Below, piece after piece: positions 1 through 8,665 of a stretch of 64,000 nt of DNA (the first letter of the stretch is position 1; the number at the start of each line of letters is the position of its first letter). Made by a program: the position numbers and the translations under genes. The notes beneath the pieces were generated by a model, which had not been told where the DNA came from, did no database searches, and was given only the letters and a program-made list of their open reading frames with translations. The stretch covers positions 3,712,001 to 3,776,000 of the forward strand of contig OZ243916.1 of assembly GCA_965213675.1 (NCBI GenBank). The letters are read 5' to 3'. Source of the DNA: an uncultured Candidatus Binatia bacterium (lineage in GTDB: Bacteria; Desulfobacterota; Binatia; UBA9968; JAJDTQ01).

Positions 1-2018
1 CGCACGTCCGCTGGCAGGCTTGCCGCGTCGATCGAGACGAAGGTCAATTCGCTGTCCTCCGTTGCGTCGTCGTCCAGGATCGGTATCGTGAAGGTCCCGG
101 TGGTCGCGCCAGCGCTGATCGTGACGCTGCTGGGATTCGGCGCGGTGTAATCCTCCCCGGCTGTTGCGCCGTCTTTTACCTCTCGCAGGGATATAGGTAT
201 CACGACATCGCTGCCGAGCACGGCGGACAGGGTCACGGTGAATTCGGCGCTTGCGTCCGTACCTTCCGTGACGGAAACGAACACGGGGCCGATATTCACC
301 GTCGGACGCGCTTTGATGGTGAAGTCGGCCGCGAGGTCGTCGGCGTCGCCGAGCACGGAAGCGTGGTCGTATCCATAAACGACCTGGTTGCCGTCGCCGG
401 GATCGCCGCGGTAGCGGAGCAGGCGCTTGTCCACATTGATCTTCACCGCGCCATCGGCGGTGAGCGCATCGCCGCTGTAGCTCAAGTCCACCTCCGCGGA
501 GCGGTGGCCGTAGTTCGCGGGGATGCCGTGTACGCCGGTGGCGTCCCTGGCGAGCAAGCGAACCGCGGAGATGGCGAGCCCCGACGGCGCGCCGGAGAGC
601 GTGATCAGCGCCCTGCCCGCCGCGTTGAGCTGCTTGCCGGTGAGATACTTGCCTTGTTTCTGCGAAGCGCCGGCGGTCCTGTTGCCTGCGCCGAGGAAGG
701 TGGCGTTCTTCGGGTCGAGGGTGAGGGTGACTGTGCCGCCGCCAACAAATTCGCTTTCCTTGATTTGCGCGGGTGACAGCGCGAGCGAATAGACGACGTT
801 ATTCGTGTCGTTGTCCTTGAGCGTCACCTCGAACCGGTTCGCCGTCGCGTGTGGACTCGCATCCATGGTGGTGCGGCCTTCGGTATCGAACTGCGCGTCG
901 CTGCCGAGCGCCACCACCGCGGTCTCGTCGGATTCGTCGGCAATGTCGTCCTTCGGTGTGAGTTCGAGCGTCGCCGTCTGCGCGCCGTCAGTGAACTCCA
1001 CAGTCCAGGCAAGCGTCCCTGCGCTCGAAACCGTCACGCTTGTATTCAATGCCGGGCCGGCCTTGGCCTGGATGTCCACATCCTGGCTCGTGACCCGACT
1101 GCCGGAGACGAACAAGGGCACAACGACTTCTTCGCTCGCGATCAGCACCCGGCTCAGGGTCACCGTGAACTCGGCGGTGGCCGATCCGCCCTCGGTGACG
1201 TCGCCCATGTTCGTGCGGGCTAGCGAGACCTCCACGGCCGCGCCCGTCTTGTCGTCGTCCTCGATGAGCAGCGTCGCCCGGTTGGCGCCGCCGCCTGCAG
1301 TGAGGCCTCCGCTGAGGTTGGTCGCCAGGGTGGTATCGGCGAGGTCGCCGAGCGCCACCGTGATCGTCTCGTTGCCCGTGTCGCCGTCGTCGCGCGTGGT
1401 CGCCGTGAACGTGACCGTCGCCGTCTGCTGGGTGCCCGCGTCCGCGCCGGTGATCTTCACCTTCGGCGACCAGGTTGCGCCGCCGATTGCGGTGCCAGCC
1501 TCGCCACTGATGGACACGCCGGCGCCGCTCGCGCTCACGGTGTAGTCGAAGTCCGAGCTGCTCCGCCGGTCGGCGGTGCCGCCGATCACCAGCGGAATCT
1601 CCGCGATCTCCCCGCCGGCGAGGTCGCGGTCAAGGGTCAGCGTCACCGTTGCGGTGCTGCTCGTGTCCTCCTCGGTGAGCGTGGTGTCGGGGGCCGCAAG
1701 CGTCACCGTGACGGGGGCGCTCGTCTGCGCTTCAGTCCAGGGCGTCCACCCGGCCAGCAGCACCAAGGCAACCCCCAATGTTGCAAAAGCCTTCGCGGGA
1801 ATGACGTCTCGTAAGTTTTCCGATAATCCTACTCTGCGGCTCGGCTCGGCTCGGCTCGGCTCGGCTCGGCTCGGCTCGGCTCGGCTCGGCTCGGCTCGGC
1901 TCGGCTCGGCTCGGCTCGGCTCGGCTCGGCTCGGCTCGGCTCGGCTCGGCTCGGCTCGGCTCGGCTCGGCTCGGCTCGGCTCGGCTCGGCTCCATTGTGG
2001 ACTGAGCATTAATTCCAT
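1..2018 (-). CDS. Large secreted Calx-beta repeat protein (putative adhesin), 3' end beyond the left edge of the window
   Basis: Manual translation of the minus strand. ATG at 2018 with GAGGGG SD 7 nt upstream gives MELMLSPQW(SRAEP)n RVGLSENLRDVIPAKAFATLGVALVLLAGWTPWTEAQ (hydrophobic signal-like segment), then Calx-beta motifs such as GATAGEDYTAP...TFTIPILDDDATED. The frame was spot-checked as consistent at 1544, 791 and 5. Absent from the ORF track because it has no stop inside the window. Confidence 0.85.
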   Translation of the reverse strand, partial: MELMLSPQWSRAEPSRAEPSRAEPSRAEPSRAEPSRAEPSRAEPSRAEPSRAEPSRAEPSRRVGLSENLRDVIPAKAFATLGVALVLLAGWTPWTEAQTSAPVTVTLAAPDTTLTEEDTSSTATVTLTLDRDLAGGEIAEIPLVIGGTADRRSSSDFDYTVSASGAGVSISGEAGTAIGGATWSPKVKITGADAGTQQTATVTFTATTRDDGDTGNETITVALGDLADTTLATNLSGGLTAGGGANRATLLIEDDDKTGAAVEVSLARTNMGDVTEGGSATAEFTVTLSRVLIASEEVVVPLFVSGSRVTSQDVDIQAKAGPALNTSVTVSSAGTLAWTVEFTDGAQTATLELTPKDDIADESDETAVVALGSDAQFDTEGRTTMDASPHATANRFEVTLKDNDTNNVVYSLALSPAQIKESEFVGGGTVTLTLDPKNATFLGAGNRTAGASQKQGKYLTGKQLNAAGRALITLSGAPSGLAISAVRLLARDATGVHGIPANYGHRSAEVDLSYSGDALTADGAVKINVDKRLLRYRGDPGDGNQVVYGYDHASVLGDADDLAADFTIKARPTVNIGPVFVSVTEGTDASAEFTVTLSAVLGSDVVIPISLREVKDGATAGEDYTAPNPSSVTISAGATTGTFTIPILDDDATEDSELTFVSIDAASLPADV
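1837..1991. repeat. Perfect pentanucleotide microsatellite (CGGCT)x31
   Basis: 155 bp of uninterrupted CGGCT units read directly from the sequence. Confidence 0.98.
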
Positions 2019-2510
2019 TTGTCAACCCCTCGGCCAAGTCTCTTCCGCCGTGCTCCAATGCGGACCCGGGCTGGAAGTTGCACGATGCCTTCCGTCCCTT
2101 GATCGGGTTGTTCTGTGCAGTCATAATGAAACCGTCCCAATCTATAACGAAACATCGTCATGGAAAATTCGGTGCTCGCAATGCCATTATCATGGCAATT
2201 TCCGTCCGACCACAAAGTTAAGTATACATAACTAGTTGGAAGTAAACAACTTATTTTGCACTGTTATGTACACATCCCGCGCACGGTCTTCGCTCCCTAC
2301 GTTCGATCAAGGCCCCAACCTTCGTTGTTGCAACGAGGACGTTGTCGTTCAGGGCGTGCGTGGGTGGATCCTGTCCGGACAGACTCCTGTCCGGCGACAG
2401 AATTCCTTGTGCAGCTTGTGGCGGGGAGCGTGAGGAACACAACGGCAGCTTGACAGCCGCCTGCAAATGTTCGATTCCGTGAGTCTACTAGTCTGAGCGG
2501 GAGGCGGATT

Positions 2511-3326
2511 ATGAAAACGCGGATTCGGCACATTGCTCTCAACACGGAGAACTGGGACCGGATGGCCCGGTTCTATCAGAGCATTTTCAGCATGAAGAAG
2601 ATCACCACCGGAATGACCGATGAGAAGGGTAACTACAACCCCAACCGTGGCCACATCAGCGACGGCGTCATCGGCTTCGCCATGCTGCAGAAACATCCGG
2701 GAAACCAGTCCGGGCTCGATCACTTCGGCTTCGAGGTGGAGGAGATACCGCTGGTGCTGGAGCGCATGCGTGACGACTATCCGGAACTCCTGGTGGCCAA
2801 GAGCCTGGCCCACGTGCCCTTCTCGGTCTCCCGCGGCACTGATCCATGCGGCACCCAATACGATATTTCCCAGAAGGGTGTGGCCAAGGTGCGCGAGGGC
2901 TACCTGGAGGACGGCTGGGAGCAGCCGCGCCAGATCAGCCACATCGCCATCCGCTCGAAGCAGCCCGAGCGGGTGGCGGAGTTCTATCACAAGGTGTTCG
3001 AACTTGATGCCGGTGAAGGGCCGGGACCCGATGGAAGTTTCCGTGTGACCGACGGCCAGGTGGAGTTGCTCGTGCGCCCGTGCGACAACTCGCTTTACCG
3101 GGGCATGCGCGAGGGCCTGGATCACATCGGCTTCCGCGTCGAGAACATGGAGCAGACCCGGAAGGAAATCGAAGAACTGAGTGAATCGGTCCCCGAATCC
3201 GCCCCCGCCAACCTGGACGCCGGCCGCTTCGGCCCCATGACCCGCGCCGACCTCGAAGGCTGCGTCATCGGCCAGTACGCCATGGCCGACCCGGACGGGG
3301 TGCTGCTGGATCTCACCGAGCGATAG
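2511..3326 (+). CDS. VOC/glyoxalase family protein, two tandem VOC domains
   Basis: Duplicated IRHIAL / ISHIAI...GLDHxGFxVE and DPxG motifs; GGAGG SD upstream. Confidence 0.85.
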   Translation: MKTRIRHIALNTENWDRMARFYQSIFSMKKITTGMTDEKGNYNPNRGHISDGVIGFAMLQKHPGNQSGLDHFGFEVEEIPLVLERMRDDYPELLVAKSLAHVPFSVSRGTDPCGTQYDISQKGVAKVREGYLEDGWEQPRQISHIAIRSKQPERVAEFYHKVFELDAGEGPGPDGSFRVTDGQVELLVRPCDNSLYRGMREGLDHIGFRVENMEQTRKEIEELSESVPESAPANLDAGRFGPMTRADLEGCVIGQYAMADPDGVLLDLTER

Positions 3327-3360
3327 GGCAACGGGGATCGTGCCGGGCGGCTGCCCGCGT

Positions 3361-4719
3361 CTATGCGTCCCGGGGCGTCGCCGCGCGAGCGAGGGCGCCC
3401 GCGTCCTCCAGTTCCGCGACGCCCCGGCAGGCACGGATCATCGCTTGGGTCGAAGCCTCTCCCAGCAGCGGATCGGCCAGGGCGTGGACCTTGGCGTCCA
3501 TGTCCTTGTCGGACAGCGGGCGTTCCAGGCTGCCCGAGGCGTGCTCAACGACTTCCTCGACGGTGCGGCCACCCTTCAGGCGGATCGTGACCACGGCGCC
3601 GGCTTCGCGGATGTTCTTGTCGGCGACCGTGGAAACGCGGTCGCGCACCGCCTTGACGGCTGGGTGCCGCACCACCGCGTCGGTAAACTCGGCCACGCCC
3701 ACGCGCCCGAGCACCAAGGCGGCGCCGGCGGCGTGGTACACGCTGAACTTGCCCTGGAGGCCGGTTTCCGGAGTCTTGTTCCCGGTGAGTTCCAGCACCA
3801 GCGGGTGTACGCGCAGCTCCACGGACTCGATGTCGTCGCCCGTGAGGCCGTGTCGCCGTTTCAGGCTGATGCAGCCGTCGAGGCTCGGGTGGATGACGAC
3901 GCCGCAGGGGTAGGGCTTGTAGGTGTTGAGCCGGCTCTCGTAGGTCTCGCCCAAGCCGTCGCAGATGGCGGCGTAGTCCTGCTTCGTGGACAGGACCCGG
4001 GCGAAGCCGCGCGGCGCCTCGATGGCGCGCTCGGAGCCGGTGAGTCCTTGGGCGGCCAGGAACGCGGCGGCGAGGCCGTTCTGCGCCGCCCGTCCGACGT
4101 GGAAGGGCTTCAGCATGGTGCCGAACATCTCCCGCAGGCCCGCGGCCTGGGTGGCGGCGCCAGCCAGCGCCCAGCACAGGCGTTGCGCGTCGAGCCCCAA
4201 CAGGCGGCCGGCGGCGGCGGCGGCGCCGAAGACTCCGGCGGTGCCGGTGATGTGCCAGCCCACATCGTAGTGGTCCGGGTAGACGGCGTTGCCGATGCGG
4301 CATTCCACCTCGATGCCGAGGATCAGCGCGTGCAGGAAGTCGCGCCCGGAGACGGGCCGGTGCTCGGCCAACGGCGCCAGCGCCGACGCCACCGGCCCTG
4401 CGGGATGGATGATGGTCCGGAGGTGGGTGTCGTCGAAATCGAACACGTGGGAGCTGATGCCGTTGAGCAGCGCCGCATGAAGCACGTCCACCCGCTCCAC
4501 GCGGCCCAGTACCGACGCCTGGGGTTGTCCCATGAAGGGGCCCAGCGCCCGCAACGCGATGTCCACCGATTCGTGCCCCGATCCCCCCACCGCGCAGCCC
4601 ATCCAGTTGAGCAGCGTGCGCGCGGCTTCATCGCGCACGGCGGCGGGGATCGTGTCGAAGTTCGAATCGCAGATCCACTGCGCCAGTCGTTTCGTGACTT
4701 CCATCTCGGATGTTTTCAT
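3361..4719 (-). CDS. MmgE/PrpD family protein
   Basis: NGISSHVFDFDDTH, IHPAGPV, GWHITGT, KPYPCG and GKFS motifs; start placed at MKTSEMEVT with GGAG upstream. Confidence 0.9.
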   Translation of the reverse strand: MKTSEMEVTKRLAQWICDSNFDTIPAAVRDEAARTLLNWMGCAVGGSGHESVDIALRALGPFMGQPQASVLGRVERVDVLHAALLNGISSHVFDFDDTHLRTIIHPAGPVASALAPLAEHRPVSGRDFLHALILGIEVECRIGNAVYPDHYDVGWHITGTAGVFGAAAAAGRLLGLDAQRLCWALAGAATQAAGLREMFGTMLKPFHVGRAAQNGLAAAFLAAQGLTGSERAIEAPRGFARVLSTKQDYAAICDGLGETYESRLNTYKPYPCGVVIHPSLDGCISLKRRHGLTGDDIESVELRVHPLVLELTGNKTPETGLQGKFSVYHAAGAALVLGRVGVAEFTDAVVRHPAVKAVRDRVSTVADKNIREAGAVVTIRLKGGRTVEEVVEHASGSLERPLSDKDMDAKVHALADPLLGEASTQAMIRACRGVAELEDAGALARAATPRDA

Positions 4720-4756
4720 CGGAAGGACTCCGTCAACGGGCTGGCAACCGCCGTCC

Positions 4757-4807
4757 CTGGATTCCCGCCCCCGATCGGGGTCGAGGGCAAGCATTCGCGG
4801 GAATGAC
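4757..4807. repeat. REP-like palindromic repeat (TGGATTCCCGC...CGCGGGAATGAC)
   Basis: Reverse-complement relative of GTCATTCCCGCGGAAGCGGGAATCCA at 11152-11177, with an internal insert. Confidence 0.6.
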
Positions 4808-5011
4808 ATGCTTGTGGGACCGTTTGACATATCGGTGGGATCGTTTTTCGTCCGCATGTGTGCCGGTGGCACGCCGACTTGGCATGACGGAAGGGGAGCA
4901 TCGGACTATCGAACAGCCTTGGCATCATCCTTGACAAGGTGCGTTGTCGTCTTCAATGTTGAGACCATACATGGGACGTGCAAATGTACCGCGAATCGAC
5001 GGAGGTGAGAA

Positions 5012-6133
5012 ATGGACTGTGTAGACGCTGACGGCCACGTGGAAGAGTGCCTGGAGACTTTTGACGACAAGTACCTGGACCCCGGGTTCCGCGGCCAGAA
5101 GCCCCGGGTGGTGGGGGTGGATGGCATGGCCTACTGGATGATCGACGAGCAGCTCTTCCCCCGCCGGGTGGGCCGGGGCTGCAACAACCTGGGAACGCCC
5201 CTGACCATCGACGGCAAGCTCGCGAAACACTCGGTGGGCAAGGTGGACAGCGTCGGCAGCCAGGATCTCACCAACATCTCCGAGCGGCTGGCGATCATGG
5301 ACGAGGAGGAGATCGCCGTCCAGGTGGTTTACACGACCCTGTTCCTTGCCTATCCGCTGACCAGCAACGTTCCCCTGGCCACGGCGTTGTGCGATTCGTA
5401 CAACCGCTGGCTGGGGGACCGGCTGGGCGGCAACGACCGCATCAAGTGGGCCGCGGTGGTGAACCTCGACGACGTGGGCGGCGCGGTGCGCTCCGTGAAC
5501 GAGGCGGCGAAGCTGGGCGCTGTTTCGGTCATGGTGCTGGGGACCGCGGGCGACCGGCTGCTGGACGACGACGACCTGCTGCCCTTCTATGAGGCGGTGG
5601 AAGGAAACAATCTCGCGCTGGGTGTTCACGTAGGCTGGTCCTGCCCCTCGGTGAACAACCTCTACTCGCACATCTATCCCTCGGGCGTCATCGCGTTTCA
5701 CATGCCTGTGCTGATGGCCTGCACCTCGCTCATCGCCGGCGGCATCCTCGACCGCTTCCCGGCCATGCGGGTGGTGTTCCTGGAGGCCGGATGCATGTGG
5801 GTGCCGTTCATGCTCGACCGGCTGAAGCACCGCTACGAGAACCAGGGCGAACTGCTGCTGAAGTTCATTCCCGAGTGCGTGCCGCGGCAGGCTCTGCCCG
5901 CCATGGACTACGTCGAGAAGGGGAACCTCTTCTTCAGCGCCGAAATCGAGGACTCGCTGTTGCCGCAGGTGATGGACCTGGTGGGGCAGGAGCAGATCGT
6001 CATGGGGACGGACATGCCCCACGGCGACCGGGAGCGCTTCGCCGCGCGCATGCTGCGGGAGCGCGCCGACATTTCCGGCGCCGCCAAGGACGCGATACTG
6101 GACGGCAACCCGAGGCGGCTCTACGCGCTGTAG
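5012..6133 (+). CDS. Amidohydrolase_2 family protein (ACMSD/LigW-like)
   Basis: DADGHV N-terminal metal motif, GVHVG, FLEAG, GTDMPHGD and NPRRLY C-terminus. Confidence 0.88.
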   Translation: MDCVDADGHVEECLETFDDKYLDPGFRGQKPRVVGVDGMAYWMIDEQLFPRRVGRGCNNLGTPLTIDGKLAKHSVGKVDSVGSQDLTNISERLAIMDEEEIAVQVVYTTLFLAYPLTSNVPLATALCDSYNRWLGDRLGGNDRIKWAAVVNLDDVGGAVRSVNEAAKLGAVSVMVLGTAGDRLLDDDDLLPFYEAVEGNNLALGVHVGWSCPSVNNLYSHIYPSGVIAFHMPVLMACTSLIAGGILDRFPAMRVVFLEAGCMWVPFMLDRLKHRYENQGELLLKFIPECVPRQALPAMDYVEKGNLFFSAEIEDSLLPQVMDLVGQEQIVMGTDMPHGDRERFAARMLRERADISGAAKDAILDGNPRRLYAL

Positions 6134-6153
6134 GACCGCCTACGACCCGGAAA

Positions 6154-6192
6154 CTGGCCCCCGCGCCGGCCGAGGAACGACGCGGGGGCCAG
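6154..6192. terminator. GC-rich hairpin between convergent genes, possible terminator
   Basis: CTGGCCCCCGCG...CGCGGGGGCCAG perfect 12-bp stem; no U-tract. Confidence 0.4.
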
Positions 6193-6204
6193 ACACCACA
6201 CTAG
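6192..6204. mobile_element. CTAG-anchored MITE-like terminal motif (GACACCACACTAG)
   Basis: Identical 13-mer recurs at 32516, 37959, 45642 and 51680; overlaps the TAG stop of the 6201-6968 gene. Confidence 0.55.
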
Positions 6205-6968
6205 AGCCGGAAGAGATCTCTGATGAGGTCTGGCGCACGGACGGTCCGTCCGTTCCGGATCATGCAGCCGGCCCAGGAGTCCAGGTAGTCGGCGAAAGTC
6301 CCGTCGGCGCCGGGCTCCCATCGGTTCAGCCAGCCACAATCCCGCCATAGCAGCGGGTCCTCATTGAAGCGACCGAGCAGGGCGATGGCCACAACGCCAT
6401 TGAGTTCCCGTCTGTATGGATCGGTTTCCAGCGTCGCGATGTTCGCGCTCAGCCATTCCGGAAGAGGGCCGTTCAAAGGCGCTCTCCACTTGGCCTGGAT
6501 GTCCTCGGCATAGGTTCGGTGGTTCGGCGCAAAGGTCTTGGCCCCAATGATTTCGGGAGGTGGCGTTCTGTCCCAGAGCGCGGCAAGACGATGCAGGACG
6601 AATAGAGACGCCAACTGGCAAACGGTTTCCTCGAACCATTTGTGCCTGTGGTTCCGGTAGCGATCGAAGCGGGTCATCACGTGACAGAGTTCATGTGAGA
6701 ACTGATACACGTACTGGCACCAGTACCGGTCCCGCGCACTCAGGCGGATTTCGTAGGGGCGTCTGTCGTGGAGCGTACGGGGGTCCTGGTCCCAGCGGGC
6801 CACGTGTATGGGAGCGTCGGGGGGCGTCCCGAACGCGTCCGTCAAGACGTCGCAGGCGGATTGGAGCACGGCAAGCACCGCCGTCAGGCTCGTCGCACCC
6901 CAGTTGTCGTTCGCCACCACCAGCGACGGCCCCGTATCCGATGCGGCTGTGGCCAAACGCTGGATCAT
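6201..6968 (-). CDS. Hypothetical protein with HExxH zinc-peptidase-like motif
   Basis: YQFSHELCHVM...KWFEETVC (HExxH plus downstream Glu); start overlaps the ATPase stop (ATGA). Confidence 0.7.
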   Translation of the reverse strand: MIQRLATAASDTGPSLVVANDNWGATSLTAVLAVLQSACDVLTDAFGTPPDAPIHVARWDQDPRTLHDRRPYEIRLSARDRYWCQYVYQFSHELCHVMTRFDRYRNHRHKWFEETVCQLASLFVLHRLAALWDRTPPPEIIGAKTFAPNHRTYAEDIQAKWRAPLNGPLPEWLSANIATLETDPYRRELNGVVAIALLGRFNEDPLLWRDCGWLNRWEPGADGTFADYLDSWAGCMIRNGRTVRAPDLIRDLFRL

Positions 6969-8536
6969 CCGTATGCTCCCGCTATCTGTTCAGCCACCGT
7001 CCAGTCCCCGCTGGCGCCGCGGGTTTCATCGCCCAGCATTCGGCGGAAGTCATTCAAGTCGCGGCACACCCATCCATCGCCAGTCAGCCGGTAACGCTGG
7101 TCTTCCGGGAACACGGGGGCGAAGAGAGCGAACTCCTGGCGCCAGCCATGAAATCGCTTTCCACGACGCGTGGACAAGAAACGCTGCACGTGATCGCGGA
7201 AGTTGGTCCGCGAGGCCCGGTCGTGCTTGCGCGGGTCTCGCTTGCAGGAACCGAAACGCACGCAACGACGGTCCTCGTTCCATGCGACCAGGTCGATCTC
7301 GATGGACGCCGCATGCTCGCGCGGGCGATTCCAGTAGCCCCGAACCAGATCCGTCAGGGGAAAGTCCCGGTCACCTGCTCGGGAGGCCTCTTCGCTCGCC
7401 TCGCGTACCATCCGCTCGAATGCCCAACCTTCGAGATCGGCGAGTCGGGAATGCAGGCGCGCCGCCACCTCGGCAACGGGAAGCACCCTCGCGGCTTGAC
7501 AGGCGGGCTGAAGGACGGACAGCCATGCGCGCAGGAACGGATCGGAGAGATGATAACGCGCCCCGCGACTGTTTTCGTTGGAAAATACCGGAGTCTCCCG
7601 CTCCACCAAGCGCAAGTCCCGAGCCAGGGTTTGCAGGTAAGGCCCGAGACTGGGGATATCGGGGAGGGCTTCGCGTAGTTCCGGATGGCTGCGGCCGCCT
7701 TCCGCCAGGACGCGGAGTACGGCCAGATAGTTGCGGCGAATCTCGAGTCCCAGCAGATTCTCGCCTTCCTCCCGCAACGGCGCGTCGGCACGAAGAAACA
7801 GTCTCGCACATAATTCCCCAACCCATTCTCGCCAATTCGAAAGCGCGTCGAGACCACGGGCTTCGGCGAAGTGCCGCCAGTATTTGGGCACGCCGCCGAA
7901 GAGGGTCCATGCAGTGAGGCCATACCGCGGGTCGGCCGCGCCGTGGCGGGCGGCCACCTCGAAAACCGTGCGCAAGTCCCACGGGTCGAGTGTGAAGCTG
8001 AAGGTGGTTCTCCCGTACAGCGGTGCGCGCCGGTCATTGAGCAGTGCTTCCATCTCCGTCTGAACGGAGCCGAGGACGATGAGCCCGCCACCAGAGACGC
8101 GATCCTGGATCCGGTCCACCTGGGCCTGCAGCAGTGACGGGAAGACGCGCAACGGACCTTGGTGGCACACCTGAAATTCATCAAGGGCGACTGCGGCGCC
8201 TGCCTCGCAAAGAGAGCCGATGGCGCTGGCCACCGCCGGCAGATCCCGCACCTGATCCAATCCGTTCAACAGGTGTTTCAGGTCGGTATTGCGCACGGTG
8301 TTGCGGAACACCGCGGCGAGGTCGCCGGGGCCGCCCTCGGGCAGTTGGACCATCAACACGGGTCGTGGGTTCTGTTCGTCCTGCTCCAATGTGGCCAGAG
8401 CCTGCTGGATGAGGGCGGTCTTGCCGATGCGCCGCCGCCCCCGGATGGCGCCGAAGAACCAGCGGCCCGAGCGCATGGTTTCAAGAAGGCAGCCGAGTTC
8501 GTCCCGGCGTCCGTAGAAGTCCCAGTCACGAATCAT
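6965..8536 (-). CDS. Archaeal-type ATPase (ATPase_2) with wHTH and C-terminal DUF234-like PD-(D/E)xK nuclease domain
   Basis: FYGRRDEL, Walker A GRRRIGKT, Walker B VALDEFQ, GGVPKY, DPFLRAW, EIDLV...FGSCK. Confidence 0.85.
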   Translation of the reverse strand: MIRDWDFYGRRDELGCLLETMRSGRWFFGAIRGRRRIGKTALIQQALATLEQDEQNPRPVLMVQLPEGGPGDLAAVFRNTVRNTDLKHLLNGLDQVRDLPAVASAIGSLCEAGAAVALDEFQVCHQGPLRVFPSLLQAQVDRIQDRVSGGGLIVLGSVQTEMEALLNDRRAPLYGRTTFSFTLDPWDLRTVFEVAARHGAADPRYGLTAWTLFGGVPKYWRHFAEARGLDALSNWREWVGELCARLFLRADAPLREEGENLLGLEIRRNYLAVLRVLAEGGRSHPELREALPDIPSLGPYLQTLARDLRLVERETPVFSNENSRGARYHLSDPFLRAWLSVLQPACQAARVLPVAEVAARLHSRLADLEGWAFERMVREASEEASRAGDRDFPLTDLVRGYWNRPREHAASIEIDLVAWNEDRRCVRFGSCKRDPRKHDRASRTNFRDHVQRFLSTRRGKRFHGWRQEFALFAPVFPEDQRYRLTGDGWVCRDLNDFRRMLGDETRGASGDWTVAEQIAGAYG

Positions 8537-8542
8537 GACTAT

Positions 8543-8571
8543 AGCGTAATTTTTTTTACACTATGGATCAA
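8543..8571 (-). promoter_or_regulatory. Putative sigma70 promoter of the ATPase gene, likely leaderless
   Basis: TTGATC, 17-bp spacer containing A8, TACGCT, then 6 nt to the ATG at 8536; no SD. Confidence 0.45.
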
Positions 8572-8577
8572 GGGCGA

Positions 8578-8606
8578 ACAAAGACTTCCCCGTCGCGGGG
8601 AGTGTC
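8578..8606 (-). terminator. Putative intrinsic terminator downstream of the LLM gene
   Basis: Minus strand AGACACTCCCCGCGACGGGGAAGTCT followed by TTGTT. Confidence 0.4.
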
Positions 8607-8665
8607 TTCCGCTCCCGCCACTGGTGAGCCTTCGGTTGATGGAGACTTCGCGAGATTGTGGCTGC

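Noticed and set aside
1837-1991. Repeat tract as a CRISPR array
   Set aside because: Pure 5-bp microsatellite with no spacers; no cas genes in the window.
1732-2124. 130-aa ORF MTAQNN...(EPSRA)n as an independent gene
   Set aside because: It is an alternative frame across the microsatellite; the signal segment and Calx-beta domains are in the adjacent frame starting at 2018.
363-2235. Plus-strand ORFs 363-776, 523-792, 805-1545 and 1576-2235
   Set aside because: Antisense shadows of the minus-strand Calx-beta gene.
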